This document shows positions 1 through 9,314 of a DNA stretch of 64,000 nt, in pieces; the stretch's first letter is position 1; the number at the start of each line of letters is the position of its first letter. Made by a program: the position numbers and the translations under genes. The stretch spans positions 14,514 through 78,513 of the forward strand of contig CAWFKM010000021.1 of the NCBI GenBank assembly GCA_963816455.1. Reading direction: 5' to 3'. This DNA is from an uncultured Actinomycetes bacterium. Its GTDB lineage: Bacteria > Actinomycetota > Thermoleophilia > Gaiellales > Gaiellaceae. Under the pieces are notes generated by a model, which was not told where the DNA came from, did not search any database, and saw only the letters and a program-made list of their open reading frames with translations.

Positions 1-847
1 ACGACTTCATCGCGCTGATGCAGGAGAACTACGGGGCGTCGATGTCGGCGCCCGAGTTCGACTGGTGGTTTGACGCGAACCCTGCGGGGCCGCGCATCGT
101 CAACGAGGCGCGTGACGACGACGGCACGCCGCTCGGCGTGCTCGCGATGAGCGGTGCGGCGATGAGCGGCGGGCTCTCGGTGTTTGCCGTGCACGCCGTG
201 ACGACGCCTGCCGCGCGCGGCCGCGGCGTGTTCTCGGCGCTGAGCTGCACAACGAGGAGGACGCGGCGCGGGCGGGCGCGGCGTGGGCGCTCGGTTTCAC
301 GAATCCGATGGCCGGCCCGATCCTCGTCGGGAAGCTCGGGTGGGAGGACATCTGCTCGCTGCGGATCTGGGTGCGGCCGAAGCGGCTGCGCAAGCGCGGC
401 TCGGGCGCCTTGCGCGTGCCGGCTGCGTGTCCTCCGTTCGAGGCGCGGCACGAGACCTCGTTCGACGCGCAGCACATCGTGCGCGACGTCGGATACCTCG
501 ACTGGCGCTACGCGCAGTCGCCGCGCGGGTACCTGCGGATCGACGGCGATCGCGGCTGGGCGGTCGTGACGCACGCGGTGTGGCACGGCTACTCGTCGGC
601 GGTGATCTGCGATGCGGTCGGTGACGGATTGCCCTCGCTGCTCCGCCGCTGCGCGGGCGCCGTCGACGCAGACGTAGCAGTGGCGATGGTCAACCCCGGC
701 GAGGAAAGCTCGTATCTTGCGGCCGGCTTCTTCCCGACCCAGCGGAAGATCCGCTTCATCGGCAAGCGCCTCACCGCCGCCGCGCCGGAGCTTCCGAAGT
801 CCCGCAAGGCGTGGCGCTTCTCCCTCGGAGACCTGGACTTCTTCTAG
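1..847 (+). CDS. GNAT-type N-acetyltransferase; 5' end outside the window; one frame break near nt 242
   Basis: The frame is open from nt 3 (DFIALMQENYG..PEFDWWFDANPAGPRIVNE..AARGRGVFSAL, ORF 18..569). The peptide continues one base out of frame as ELHNEEDAARAGAAWALGFTNPMAGPILVGKLGW.. to the stop at 845-847 (ORF 308..847). The family call is from general resemblance only. Confidence 0.55.
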
Positions 848-877
848 CCGTCTCTCCGCGGCAGGGCTCAAACAGAC

Positions 878-903
878 ACGTCTCGGTGCCTGGCACCGGA
901 CGT
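878..903. repeat. Palindromic repeat, copy 1 (core GGTGCCTGGCACC)
   Basis: ACGTCTCGGTGCC-T-GGCACCGGACGT, about 30 nt after the GNAT stop. The arms are complementary apart from one extra T. The same core recurs at 975-987 and 28054-28066. Confidence 0.85.
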
Positions 904-965
904 CGCCTGCGGGCCATGCCGCGTGACCGCGTTGCCGCTATCCATGCGGAGACCGTTCGAATCGA

Positions 966-993
966 ACATGTCCTGGTGCCTGGCACCGGACGT
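966..993. repeat. Palindromic repeat, copy 2 (core GGTGCCTGGCACC)
   Basis: ACATGTCCTGGTGCC-T-GGCACCGGACGT. Its core lies exactly 90 nt after the copy 1 core. It is abutted by a second small palindrome, GTTCGA-A-TCGAAC (955-967). Confidence 0.85.
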
Positions 994-1086
994 GGCTCGC
1001 GGTGACGTGGTCGGTGGGGCACTGTCTCGGCGGGGCATGTGCGGATCGGTGCCCGGGGTTCCGGTTGCGTAGGCAAGCTGTGCACC

Positions 1087-2098
1087 GTGCGGCGGCTGAT
1101 CTTCGCGACGCAGAAGCTCGATCCGGGCGACCCGGTGCTGGGCGGCGACGGTGCCGATGCTGCGCGCGCTCGCTGCGCGCGTCGACGGCTCGTCGTGCTC
1201 TGCGACTCGGGGGTGCCGGTGGGGTGCCGGCGAACGCGCGAGCGCACGAGTTCGGCGCGCGTACGCAGGCACAGCGCGGCGCGAGGTTCACAGCGGCGCT
1301 CGCGCGGGAGCTGCGGCCGAAGCCGATCGGCGTCGTCGCGCACATGGTCCCGCTCTACGCGGTGCTCGCCGCGCCGCTGGTGCGGCCACTCGGGATGCCG
1401 CTCGTCCTCTGGTACACGCACTGGAAGGCGTCACTCCATCGTGCGCGCAGCGGGAAGGTCTGCACGGCGGTCGTCACCGTCGACCGGCGCTCGTTCCGCT
1501 CGCGTCGCCGAAGGTACGTCGGGATCGGCCACGGGATCGACCTGGCCGAGTTCGCCTGCACCGACGCGCCCCGCGCACGCACGGCCCGCTGCGCGCGCTC
1601 GCGCTCGGCCGCTACTCGCCGGCGAAGGGACTGCGAGACGGTGCTGCGCGGTGCGGCGCTAGCGGCGACGTCCGCGTCGAGGTCCACGGCTCGTCCGGCG
1701 ACGGCGAGGAGCGCGCGCACGAGCCGAGCTGGAGACGGGTTTGCTCGCGGGCTCGAGCGAAGGTGCGGCTCGGAGGACCGGTGCCGCGCGCCGAGATCCC
1801 CGCGCTGCTCGCGCAGAGCGACGTGCTCGTCAACAACATGCGCGCGGGCGCGCCGGACAAGGTCGTCTACGAGGCGGCCGCGACGTGCCTGCCGGTGCTC
1901 GCCTCGAACCCGGTCTTCGACGACCTGCTTCCCGACGAGCTTCGATTCGCGCGCGACGACGCCGGGGACCTCGCGAGCGCGCGCTGCGTCGCGCCGCTCG
2001 ACCGCGCGCGCTCGCCGCCGTCCTGCGCGAGCTCGTCGCGGAGCGGCCACTCGGTCGAGCACTGGGCCGACGCGGTGCTCGAGGCGGCCTCCCGATGA
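1087..2098 (+). pseudogene. GT4-family (GT-B fold) glycosyltransferase; at least 6 frame breaks as sequenced
   Basis: Collinear peptide VRRLIFATQKLDPGDPVLG / ATVPMLRALAARVD / LVVLCDSGVP / GVPANARAHEFGAR..VAHMVPLYAVLAAPLVRPLGMPLVLWYTHWKAS / PLASPKV / GIGHGIDLAEF / LALGRYSPAKGL / VRLGGPVPRAEIPALLAQSDVLVNNMRAGAPDKVVYEAAATCLPVLASNPVFDDLLP..HSVEHWADAVLEAA. It hops among all three forward frames (ORFs 1039, 1151, 1002). GTG at 1087; stop at 2096-2098. Confidence 0.7.
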
Positions 2099-2099
2099 G

Positions 2100-3192
2100 A
2101 TGCTCCTCCACCTCCAGAAGGTCGCCGGCATTTCCGGCTCGGAGGCGCACCTGCTCGCTCTGCTGCCGAGGTTGCGCGATCGGGGATGGGACGCGCGGAT
2201 GCTCATGCTGCACAGGGCGAACCGGGAGCGGGCGCGTTCGTTCGTGCGCTGCGCGAGCGCGAGGTTCCGGTCGAATCCCTGCACTTGCGCGCCGACGTCG
2301 ACCCGATCGCGTTCGTCCGGCTCACGGCGCGAATCGGACGAGCGCGCCCGCTGCTCGTCCACACCCACCTCGTCCACGCCGACGTGTTCGGCCTGCTCGC
2401 CGCGGCCGTCGCGGCGGCCGGTCCGCTTCTCGACCAAGCACGGCTTCAACGAGTTCCGCGAGCGGGAGTAGTTCGGGCCGATCGCTCCGCCGCCGCTCGC
2501 TGCGCACCGGCAGATCGCGATCTCGCATGGGCTGGCGCACTATCTGGCCGAGGACGAGGGCTTCGCGGAGGAGGAGCTTCGAGATCGTCCACTACGGGAT
2601 CGACGCCGGCGCCGAGCCCGACGCGCGCTCCCGAACGCGGCCGCCTGCTCTGCGTCGGCCGCCTGATCCCGATCAAGGGCCACATCGTGCTGCTGCGCGC
2701 GTTCGCCCGAGCGAAGCGCGACTTCCCCGACCTCCAGCTCGACATCGCCGGCCGCGGCCCGCTCGAGCCTGCGCTGAAGGCGGTCGCTGCCGAGCTCGGG
2801 ATCATCGACTCCGGTGCACTTCCTCGGCCACGTCAACCCGATCCAGGGCGCAGATCGAGCAGGCCGCCGTCGTCGTCGTCCCGTCGTTGGGCGAGGGCTT
2901 CGGGATGGTCGCGCTCGAGGCGATGGAGCGCGCGCGTCCTGTGATCGCCGCCGCGATCGGCGGGCTCGGCGAGCTCGTCCGCGACGGCGAGACCGGCGTG
3001 CTCGTCCCCGCAGGCGAGGCGGAGCCGCTGCGCGACGCGATCGTCCGCATCGCCGGCGACCTCGAGCTCGCGCGCCGGATGGGCGAGGCGGGACGACGGC
3101 GTGCACTCTCGCGCTTCCTGCAGCAGTTCTGCACCGACCGCACCGAGCTGCTGTACCGCGGCGCGCTCGAGTACCCCGGCGGTGACCGATGA
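2100..3192 (+). pseudogene. GT4-family glycosyltransferase; at least 5 frame breaks as sequenced
   Basis: MLLHLQKVAGISGSEAHLLALLPRLRDRGWDARMLMLH (ORF 1002 frame). FVRALREREVPVESLHLRADVDPIAFVRL..LLVHTHLVHADVFG (ORF 2186). FEIVHYGIDAG (ORF 1741). RLLCVGRLIPIKGHIVLLRAFARAKRDFPDLQLDIAGRGPLEPALK (2186). VHFLGHVNPIQ (2814). VVVVPSLGEGFGMVALEAMERARPVIAAAIGGLGELVRDGETGVLV to the stop at 3190-3192 (1741). The last block is a classic GT4 E-x7-E block. Confidence 0.75.
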
Positions 3193-3792
3193 CGAAGTCG
3201 GAGTTGCTTGCGCGTGTGCCGCCGCTGTACCGCGTTGCGCACGCGTTGAAGGACTGGCGGTACGAGCGAACGCACGAGCCGATGAGGCAGAAGCACGGAC
3301 TTCTACGCGATGCAGCGCGTCGCCATGGACTTCGCGTCCTCGTCGAGACGGGCACGTATACGGGCGAGACGGCGTGGGCGCTTCGACGCGAATTCGATCG
3401 CATCGATACGATCGAGCTCGAGCCGCGCCTCGCGCATCTCGCTCGCATCCGCTTCGCGCGGACGCCGTCGGTCCACCTGCATGAGGGCGACAGCGCGGCA
3501 GTGCTGCCCGTGATCCTCGAGTCGCTCGACCGTCCGGCGCTGTTCTGGCTCGACGCGCACCCGTCTACCGATAGATCCGCCAGGGACGCGCCGGTGCCGC
3601 TGGCCGCCGAGCTGGCCGCGATCGCGGCACATCCCGTCGCCGGTCATGTCGTGGTCGTCGACGACCTTCGGCTTGCTCGGCAAAGCCGGGTTTCCATCGC
3701 CCGAGGACATTTCGCTGCCGGGTTATCGGCTCGAGCAGGTGGGGGATGTCGGCGTGCTCGAGCCGACTGCGGTGATGACAGACTCACGTTGA
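3189..3792 (+). CDS. Class I SAM-dependent methyltransferase; one frame break near 3665
   Basis: The ATG at 3189 overlaps the upstream stop (ATGA). Peptide: GLRVLVETGTYTGETAWALRREFDRIDTIELEPRLAHLARIRF..VHLHEGDSAAVLPVILESLDRPALFWLDAH..HVVVVDD. It continues in another frame as FGLLGKAGFPSPEDISLPGYRLEQVGDVGVLEPTAVMTDSR to TGA 3790-3792. Confidence 0.7.
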
Positions 3793-4426
3793 TGAGCGAC
3801 GCCGAGGCGAAATACGATTCTCTCGCCGACTCGTGGAGCGGTGGCGCGTACGCCAACCCGTCGTGCTTCTATCGCCGCCGCGCGGATGTCGTCGCGGCGC
3901 TCGGTGGGAAGCTTCGGCCCGGAGCGAAGATCCTCGAGCTTGGGTGCGCCGACGGCGGTCTCTCCGAGGTTCTCGTTGCAGACGGGTACGTCCTCGAAGG
4001 CATGGACGTCAGCACGCGCATGATCGAGCTTGCGCGGCGACGCGTGCCCCATGGCGCCACGTTCGGCGTCGGCGATCTGAACACGTACGCGCCTCCGGAG
4101 CCGGTGGCGGCAACGATCGGGTTTCGGGTTCTCCCGTACGTCGACGATCTGGCTGCGTTCTTCGCGCACGCCGCGTCGTACTCGACGGAGAAGATCGTCT
4201 TCGACCTCGTTCCCAGCACAGGTGCCGAACGCTCGCGGCGGTCCGCTCTGCGCTCGGAGCCGCGGGCCTGGAGCGGGTCGACGTGCACCCGTGGCTGCTG
4301 CCGGCGCGGACGGCGATCCCACGCATCGGAATGTCGCTCGTCTCGGGGCTCGAGCGTGTGCGGCCGGTCGCGCTCGCAATCACCCGCCGCCGGTTCTCTG
4401 TCGTCGTCGCAGCTTCGACGCGCTAA
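3792..4426 (+). CDS. Class I SAM-dependent methyltransferase (Methyltransf_11/25-like); one frame break near 4228
   Basis: The ATG at 3792 shares one base with the preceding TGA (TGATG). Peptide: MSDAEAKYDSLADSWSGGAYANP..GAKILELGCADGGLSEVLVADGYVLEGMDVSTRMIELARRRVPHGATFGVGDL (GxGxG SAM motif). The C-terminus continues in the ORF 3833..4426 frame (LAAVRSALGAAGLERVDVHPWLLPARTAIP..). Confidence 0.7.
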
Positions 4427-5483
4427 GCGCTCGACCAGCGTCGCGTAGAGCGACCGGGTTCGCGTCGGCCATCCGCGCGACGGAGAACTCGGAGTGCGCC
4501 CGCGCCCGGCCCGCGTCGCCGAGCGACGGCTGTTCGAGCGCGCGCGCGACGCCAAGCGCGAGTGCGGCCGGGTCGTCGGGCGGCACGAGGAAGCCCGTCT
4601 CGCCGTCGACGACCAGCTCCGGCAGCGAGCTCACGTTCGACGCGACGACGGGCAGGCCCGCGAGCATCGCCTCGAGGACGGCGAGACCGAACCCTTCCCA
4701 GCGCGCGGGGTGGACGAGCAGCGTCGCGCGCCGCAGCCACGCGGCGACGTCGGGCACGCGCCCCGGCAGGAACACGCGGCCGTCGACGCCGAGCTCGCGC
4801 GCGAGCGACTCGAGCGCATCGCGCTCCGGGCCTTCGCCGAGCACGACGAGCACCGTGTCGTCGGGCAGCGAGTCGAGCGCGCGGATGGCGACGTCGATCC
4901 CCTTCTGCTCCGTCAGCCGCGACACGGCGAGCAGCACGCGCACGCCGTCAGGCACCGCGTCTGCCGGGTTCTCGCCCCACGGCTCCGGCAGATCGTCGAG
5001 CCCGTAGTGGATCGTCTCGACCTTCGCCTCCGGGATCCCGACCTTCTCGACCGTGAACCGGTGCAGGGCGTCGGTGATCGTCACCACGCGGTCGGCAAAG
5101 CGCGTGACCCCGCGCTCGACGTGGCGGAACGGGCCGAGCCGGAACGGATCGTCGTTGTGCTTCGTCGAGACGAGCCGCTCGCCCCGCAGCTTCGCCGCGA
5201 CGCCGCCGTAGACGTCTGCGTGCACGAGATGCGTATGCACGACGTCGGCGCGGAGCGACCGGACAAGCCGCGCCAGCAGCAGCGGGTCGACGTCGCGCGG
5301 CGACGGAATGCGAATCGCCGGCACGCGCAGCGCGCCGTAGAAGTCAGACGCATCCCACGCCGGGTCGTCGAGCCCGACGAGAACGGGCTCGACACCGCGC
5401 TCCGCGAGCGCCGGCAGCAGCGTCAAGAGGTGCCGCTCCGAGCCGCCGATGCCGCGGATGCGATGGACGTGGGCGACCCTCAC
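4380..5483 (-). CDS. GT4-family glycosyltransferase
   Basis: ORF 4380..5546. The likely start is GTG 5483 (VRVAHVHRIRGIGGSERHLLTLLPALAERG). Peptide: LVHTHLVHADVYG..STKHNDDPFR..VLLAVSRLTEQKGIDVAIRAL..LLVHPARWEGFGLAVLEAMLAGLPVVASNVSSLPELVVDGETGFLV. The last ~25 codons may be out of frame, because an alternative frame reads RTRSLYATLVERL. Confidence 0.8.
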   Translation of the reverse strand: MRVAHVHRIRGIGGSERHLLTLLPALAERGVEPVLVGLDDPAWDASDFYGALRVPAIRIPSPRDVDPLLLARLVRSLRADVVHTHLVHADVYGGVAAKLRGERLVSTKHNDDPFRLGPFRHVERGVTRFADRVVTITDALHRFTVEKVGIPEAKVETIHYGLDDLPEPWGENPADAVPDGVRVLLAVSRLTEQKGIDVAIRALDSLPDDTVLVVLGEGPERDALESLARELGVDGRVFLPGRVPDVAAWLRRATLLVHPARWEGFGLAVLEAMLAGLPVVASNVSSLPELVVDGETGFLVPPDDPAALALGVARALEQPSLGDAGRARAHSEFSVARMADANPVALRDAGRALSASKLRRRQRTGGG

Positions 5484-6775
5484 GACGTGCGCCGCTCCTG
5501 CCACCATTCGCCAGCCGCGCTTCAACGTCGCCGTCGCGAGCAGCACGACGAGGAAGTCCCAGCGCGACGCGGTAGCGCGTCGCCCCGACGAACACCGCGG
5601 CGCAGAGACTCTGGTACGCGAGTAGCAGCAGCGCGAGCGCGACGAACGCGCGCGGGGCCAAGAAGAGCCCGCCGATCGCGAGGACGTAGACCACGGACAT
5701 GTACGCCGGCTCGACGACGCGGCGCCCGATGTCGAGGCTTGTGCCTTGTCCGGGCCGCCCGCTCGTCTCGAAGGCGTTCGGCTGCCAGAGCAGCTTCATC
5801 GACAAGCGCCGCGAGCTTCGCCTTGTTCCCCGGATGCTCGCGCCAGTACTGCCGCGTCAGATGTTCGTAGAACGACATCTCGACGCATTCGTTCGGATAG
5901 TGCGCAATCGCGTACGACGGCGGCACGCCGGGCTTGACGTAGTAGCCGTACGCGTCCTCCGGCGTCAGCCGGTTCGGAGCCGGCGGCCGCGGCGAGTTCG
6001 ACGCGATGTTGTCGATCCACTCGCCGGAGCTGAGCAGGCCGTACGTCTGCAGGTTGTTCGCCTTCCACAGCGCGCGGCCGTCCGTCGTCAGCGTCACGCA
6101 CCCGAGCTGGACCTTGTTGCGGACGAGCCACGGCGTCACGGCAGCGGCCGCACCGGCGAGCACGAGCGCCGCCACGATCGCCGTCGCGCGCGCGCGCGGC
6201 AGGCGCCACGCGAGATAGCCGGCGCAGATGACCGGCACGAAAACGAGCCGCGTGTTGCCGAGGATCGCGAGCCCGGTGACGATCCCGAGCAGCGCGGCGA
6301 GCTTCTTCGACGGCCGCTCCGCGACCATCAGCGTCAGCAGCACGAGCGCCGCCGCGCAGACCTGGTCGACGATCTCGCGGTTCACATGCATGTCGTGCCA
6401 GATCAGGTACGGGTTGATCGTCGCGAGCGCGGCGCCGAGGAGGCCCCAGCGCGGGCCGAGGACCCGGCGGCCGATCTCGTAGACGAGCCAGCACGTCACG
6501 ATCGCGAGCGCGAGCTGCGCGAGGCCGACCGATTCCCAGCTTCGCCCGAAGATCCAGTAGACCGGGATCAGGAACCAGCCGTAAAGCGGCTGGGTGGCCG
6601 CCGACGGCTCGCCGGGGATGAAGCCGAACGTCCCGTGCTGGACGAACGTCAGCGCAAAGACGTCGCTCTTCTCGGTGAACGCGGAGAGGATCGTGTCGCG
6701 CTCGCGGACGAGCACCGCAAGGCGCGGAACCGCGCAGACGACGGCGAGCAGCGGATACGCGAGCCGGCGCCTCAC
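5480..6775 (-). CDS. GT-C-like (GT39/ArnT-like) integral membrane glycosyltransferase; 2-3 frame breaks (about 5800, 5560, 5520)
   Basis: The GTG at 6775 overlaps the asnB-like stop (GTGA). The body lies in the ORF 5522..9085 frame (VRRRLAYPLLAVVCAVPRLAVLV..QPLYGWFLIPVYWIFGRSWESVGLAQ..HPGNKAKLAAL). It continues in the ORF 5344..5805 frame (SMKLLWQPNAFE..VGATRYRVA) and then as WDFLVVLLATATLK. It is collinear with, and clearly similar to, the intact paralogue at 9231..10520. The 3' end is uncertain; a TGA at 5480-5482 overlaps the next GTG. Confidence 0.7.
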
Positions 6776-8653
6776 GGCACGGAAACGGGCGCGGCCGCCT
6801 CGACGTGCGTCCGCTGCCACAGCTCGAGCATGCAGAGCGTCCACAGCGCGTGCCCGTGGTCTGCGCGCTCGGACGCGTGCTCGGCAAGCAGCCGCTCGAC
6901 CGCGTCGGCGCGGAACCAGCCGCGGTTCCGCGCGCGCTCGTCGAGGAGCAGCTCGCGCGCGAGTGGACGCAGCTCGCCGCGGAACCAGCGCGCGAGCGGG
7001 ACCGCGAAACCGGTCTTGCCGCGTCCCGCGACGGGCGGCGGCAGCTCCGCGGCAAACGCGCGCCGCAGCGCGACCTTCGTCGTCCTCCCCTGGCTCTTCA
7101 GCTGATCCGGGAGCGAGAGGCCGAGCTCGACGACGCGGTGATCGAGCAGCGGCGAGCGCAGCTCGAGCGAGTGCGCCATCGACGCGATGTCGGACTTCGG
7201 GAGCAGGTCGCCGGGAAGGTACGTCGCGAGGTCGAGCTGCTGGAGGCCGGCGATTCCCGCGCGCGGAGGCGGCCCGAGCAGGATCCCGGGCGACGCGAGC
7301 GGGCCGATCTCCGCCTTCGCCTCGTCCGTCCAGAGATCGGCGCGCGTTGCGAGCGGGACGACCTGCATCAGCCGCCCGTAGCGCTCCGCGCGCGGCACCG
7401 CGGCCGCCTCGAGGAAGCGCGCCGCGCGGAACACCGGCGAGCGCCGCTCGCGCCGCCCAGACGGGATCGCGCGCAGCAGCCGCGCACCCGCCGACGCCGC
7501 GGACGCCGGGACCCGCTCGGCGAGATCGACCGCGGCGTAGCGCTCGTAGCCGGCGAACGACTCGTCGCCGCCGTCGCCGACGAGCGCGACCGTCACCTCG
7601 CGGCGCGCCGCCTCGCAGATCAGGAACAGCGGCAGCGCGGCCTCGTCGCCGAGCGGCTCGTCGAACGCGGCAGCGAGCCGCGGCAGCGTCGCGGCGGCAT
7701 CCGGCTCGAGCACGATCTCCTCGTGCCGCGTCGAGTACCGGTCCGCGACGGCGCGCGCGAACGTCCGCTCGTCGTAGCGGTCGTCCGAGAAGCCGACGGT
7801 GAACGTCCGCACCGGCTCCGCGGACGCGCCCGCCATCAGCGCGACGACGACGGCGGAGTCGATCCCGCCGGACAACAGCGCGCCGAGCGGCACGTCGCGA
7901 CGCGAGCCGCTTCGTCACCGCCGCCGTCACCTCGTCGCGTACGCGCTCCAGCCAGTGCTCGTCCGCGAGCGGCTCGTCCTCGACTTGCGGCTCCCAGTAG
8001 CGCTCGATCCGCTCGCCGTCGCCCTCCGCGACGAGGATCGACCCGGGCGCGAGCCGGTGGATCCCGCGAAGTCCGGTCCGCTCGCCGGGGACGTACTGGA
8101 GCGCGAGATACGCGTCGAGTGCGGCGAGGTCCGGCTCGCGCCGCAGACCCGGCAGCTCGAGCAGCGCCTTCAGCTCCGACGCGAACGCGAGCGTCCCGTC
8201 GTCGAGCCGCGTCCAGACGAGCGGCTTCTTGCCGAGCCGGTCGCGCGCGAGCACGAGCCGGCGGCGTGGGCCGTCCCAGAGCGCGATCGCGAACATCCCC
8301 TCGAGGCGCTCGACGAAGCGCGGCCCGTATTCCTCGTAGAGGTGCGGGATCACCGGCGTGTCGCCGCGCCCGCGAACTTCGTGGCCCTTCGCGGCAAGGT
8401 CGCGCCGGAGCTCGGGGAAGTTGTAGAGCTCGCCGTTGAAGACCGCGACGACGTCGCCCTGCTCGTTCGCGACGGGCTGGTAGCCGAGCTCCGGGTCGAG
8501 CACCTGGAGCCGCTGGTGGCCGAGGACGCACGGGCCGAGCTCCTCGGTCCCGCCCTGGTCCGGTCCGCGGTGGCGGATCCGTGCGCGCATTGCGTCGACG
8601 AGCGCCGCCGGCGGCTGCCCGGACGCCGCATAGAGGCCGCAGATCCCGCACAT
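6772..8653 (-). CDS. asnB: Asparagine synthase (glutamine-hydrolysing)-family amidotransferase; one frame break near 7900
   Basis: N-terminal nucleophile start MCGICGLYAASG..HRGPDQGG..VFNGELYNFPELR (ORF 5522..9085 frame, ATG at 8653). The synthetase domain follows: PLGALLSGGIDSAVVVALM..FTVGFSDDRYDE..DGGDESFAGYERY (ORF 6772..7893). Confidence 0.85.
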
Positions 8654-8672
8654 GCGTGACAGTGTGCCTTCC

Positions 8673-9314
8673 ATGTCTGTCGGGGCCGTCGCCGTGGTGT
8701 CGTGCCATCTGGAGCAGCCGCTCCACGATGCGGCGTGGCAGCGGTTCGACGCGCTCCAGCGGAGCCGGCCCGGCGGCTTCGACATCGTGGCCCTGATCCG
8801 CCCGCCGGACGCAGCGCACCGCGAGGCGGAGGAGCCGTGGCTCGACCGAGCGCGGGCCGCTGCGGCGCGCGCGCCGCTCGGGCTCCACACGCACTGGACG
8901 AGCCCGACGCACGCGAGGCCGACCGGCGGCGACCCCGCGGCGCGCGTCCGCGAGGAGACCGCGTGGCTGCGCGAGCGCGGGCTCGAGCCGCAGTTCTTCT
9001 GCGGCGGCGCGTGGTACACCGACGACGCGGTCGAGGCCGCGGTGCGCGAGCTCGGCCTCGTCGACTGCACGCCGCGCGGCGGCACGCCGTCACCGGGAAT
9101 CCTGCCGACGACACACTCACTCGGGCAGCTCGCGCGCGCCGTGCTGCGGCCGCTGCCGCCGTACGTGCACGCGTACTTCCACGACTACGACCTGCTCGAC
9201 GCGAAGCGTCGCACGGCGCTCGTCGCGTCGCTACGCCTGCTCGGTCGGCGCGCTTCCCCCGCCGACCCGCTTGCGCTCGCGAATGCGCCGGACGATGTCG
9301 ACGAGCGCGGCTGA
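8673..9314 (+). CDS. Hypothetical protein
   Basis: ORF 8652..9314. MSVGAVAVVSCHLEQPLHDAAWQRFDALQRSRPGGFDIVALIRPPD..LGLHTHWTSPTHARP..FFCGGAWYTDD. Composition is protein-like. I prefer the ATG at 8673, because the ATG at 8652 interlocks with the asnB-like ATG. The 3' end overlaps convergent gene 9231..10520 by about 80 nt and may be shorter. Confidence 0.5.
   Translation: MSVGAVAVVSCHLEQPLHDAAWQRFDALQRSRPGGFDIVALIRPPDAAHREAEEPWLDRARAAAARAPLGLHTHWTSPTHARPTGGDPAARVREETAWLRERGLEPQFFCGGAWYTDDAVEAAVRELGLVDCTPRGGTPSPGILPTTHSLGQLARAVLRPLPPYVHAYFHDYDLLDAKRRTALVASLRLLGRRASPADPLALANAPDDVDERG

Noticed and set aside
891-905. TGGCAC inside the palindromes as a sigma-54 -24 element
   Set aside because: The required -12 GC/TTGC element at the right spacing is absent (CTGGCACCGGACGTCGC, ..GTGGC, ..CCCGG). 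The TGGCAC is simply half of the palindrome. I saw no enhancer-binding-protein gene.
811-1005. 64-aa ORF translating both palindrome copies as H-V-x-V-P-G-T-G (an elastin-like VPGTG repeat peptide)
   Set aside because: It overlaps the GNAT 3' end and has no RBS. The repeated peptide is explained by the repeated DNA palindrome. It is kept only as a remark in the repeat finding.
8652-8672. ATG at 8652 as the start of the hypothetical gene, interlocked (CATG) with the asnB-like ATG on the other strand
   Set aside because: It would leave no intergenic space for either promoter. The ATG at 8673 begins the hydrophobic, conserved-looking part. The asnB-like start is fixed by the obligatory Met-Cys N-terminus.
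5522-9085. 1187-aa minus-strand ORF that looks like one giant protein
   Set aside because: It is a composite. Its frame holds the N-terminal half of the asnB-like gene and most of the GT39-like membrane gene, joined by Arg/Ala-rich out-of-frame translation of the asnB C-terminal half. The GTGA junction at 6772-6775 puts the real stop out of this frame.
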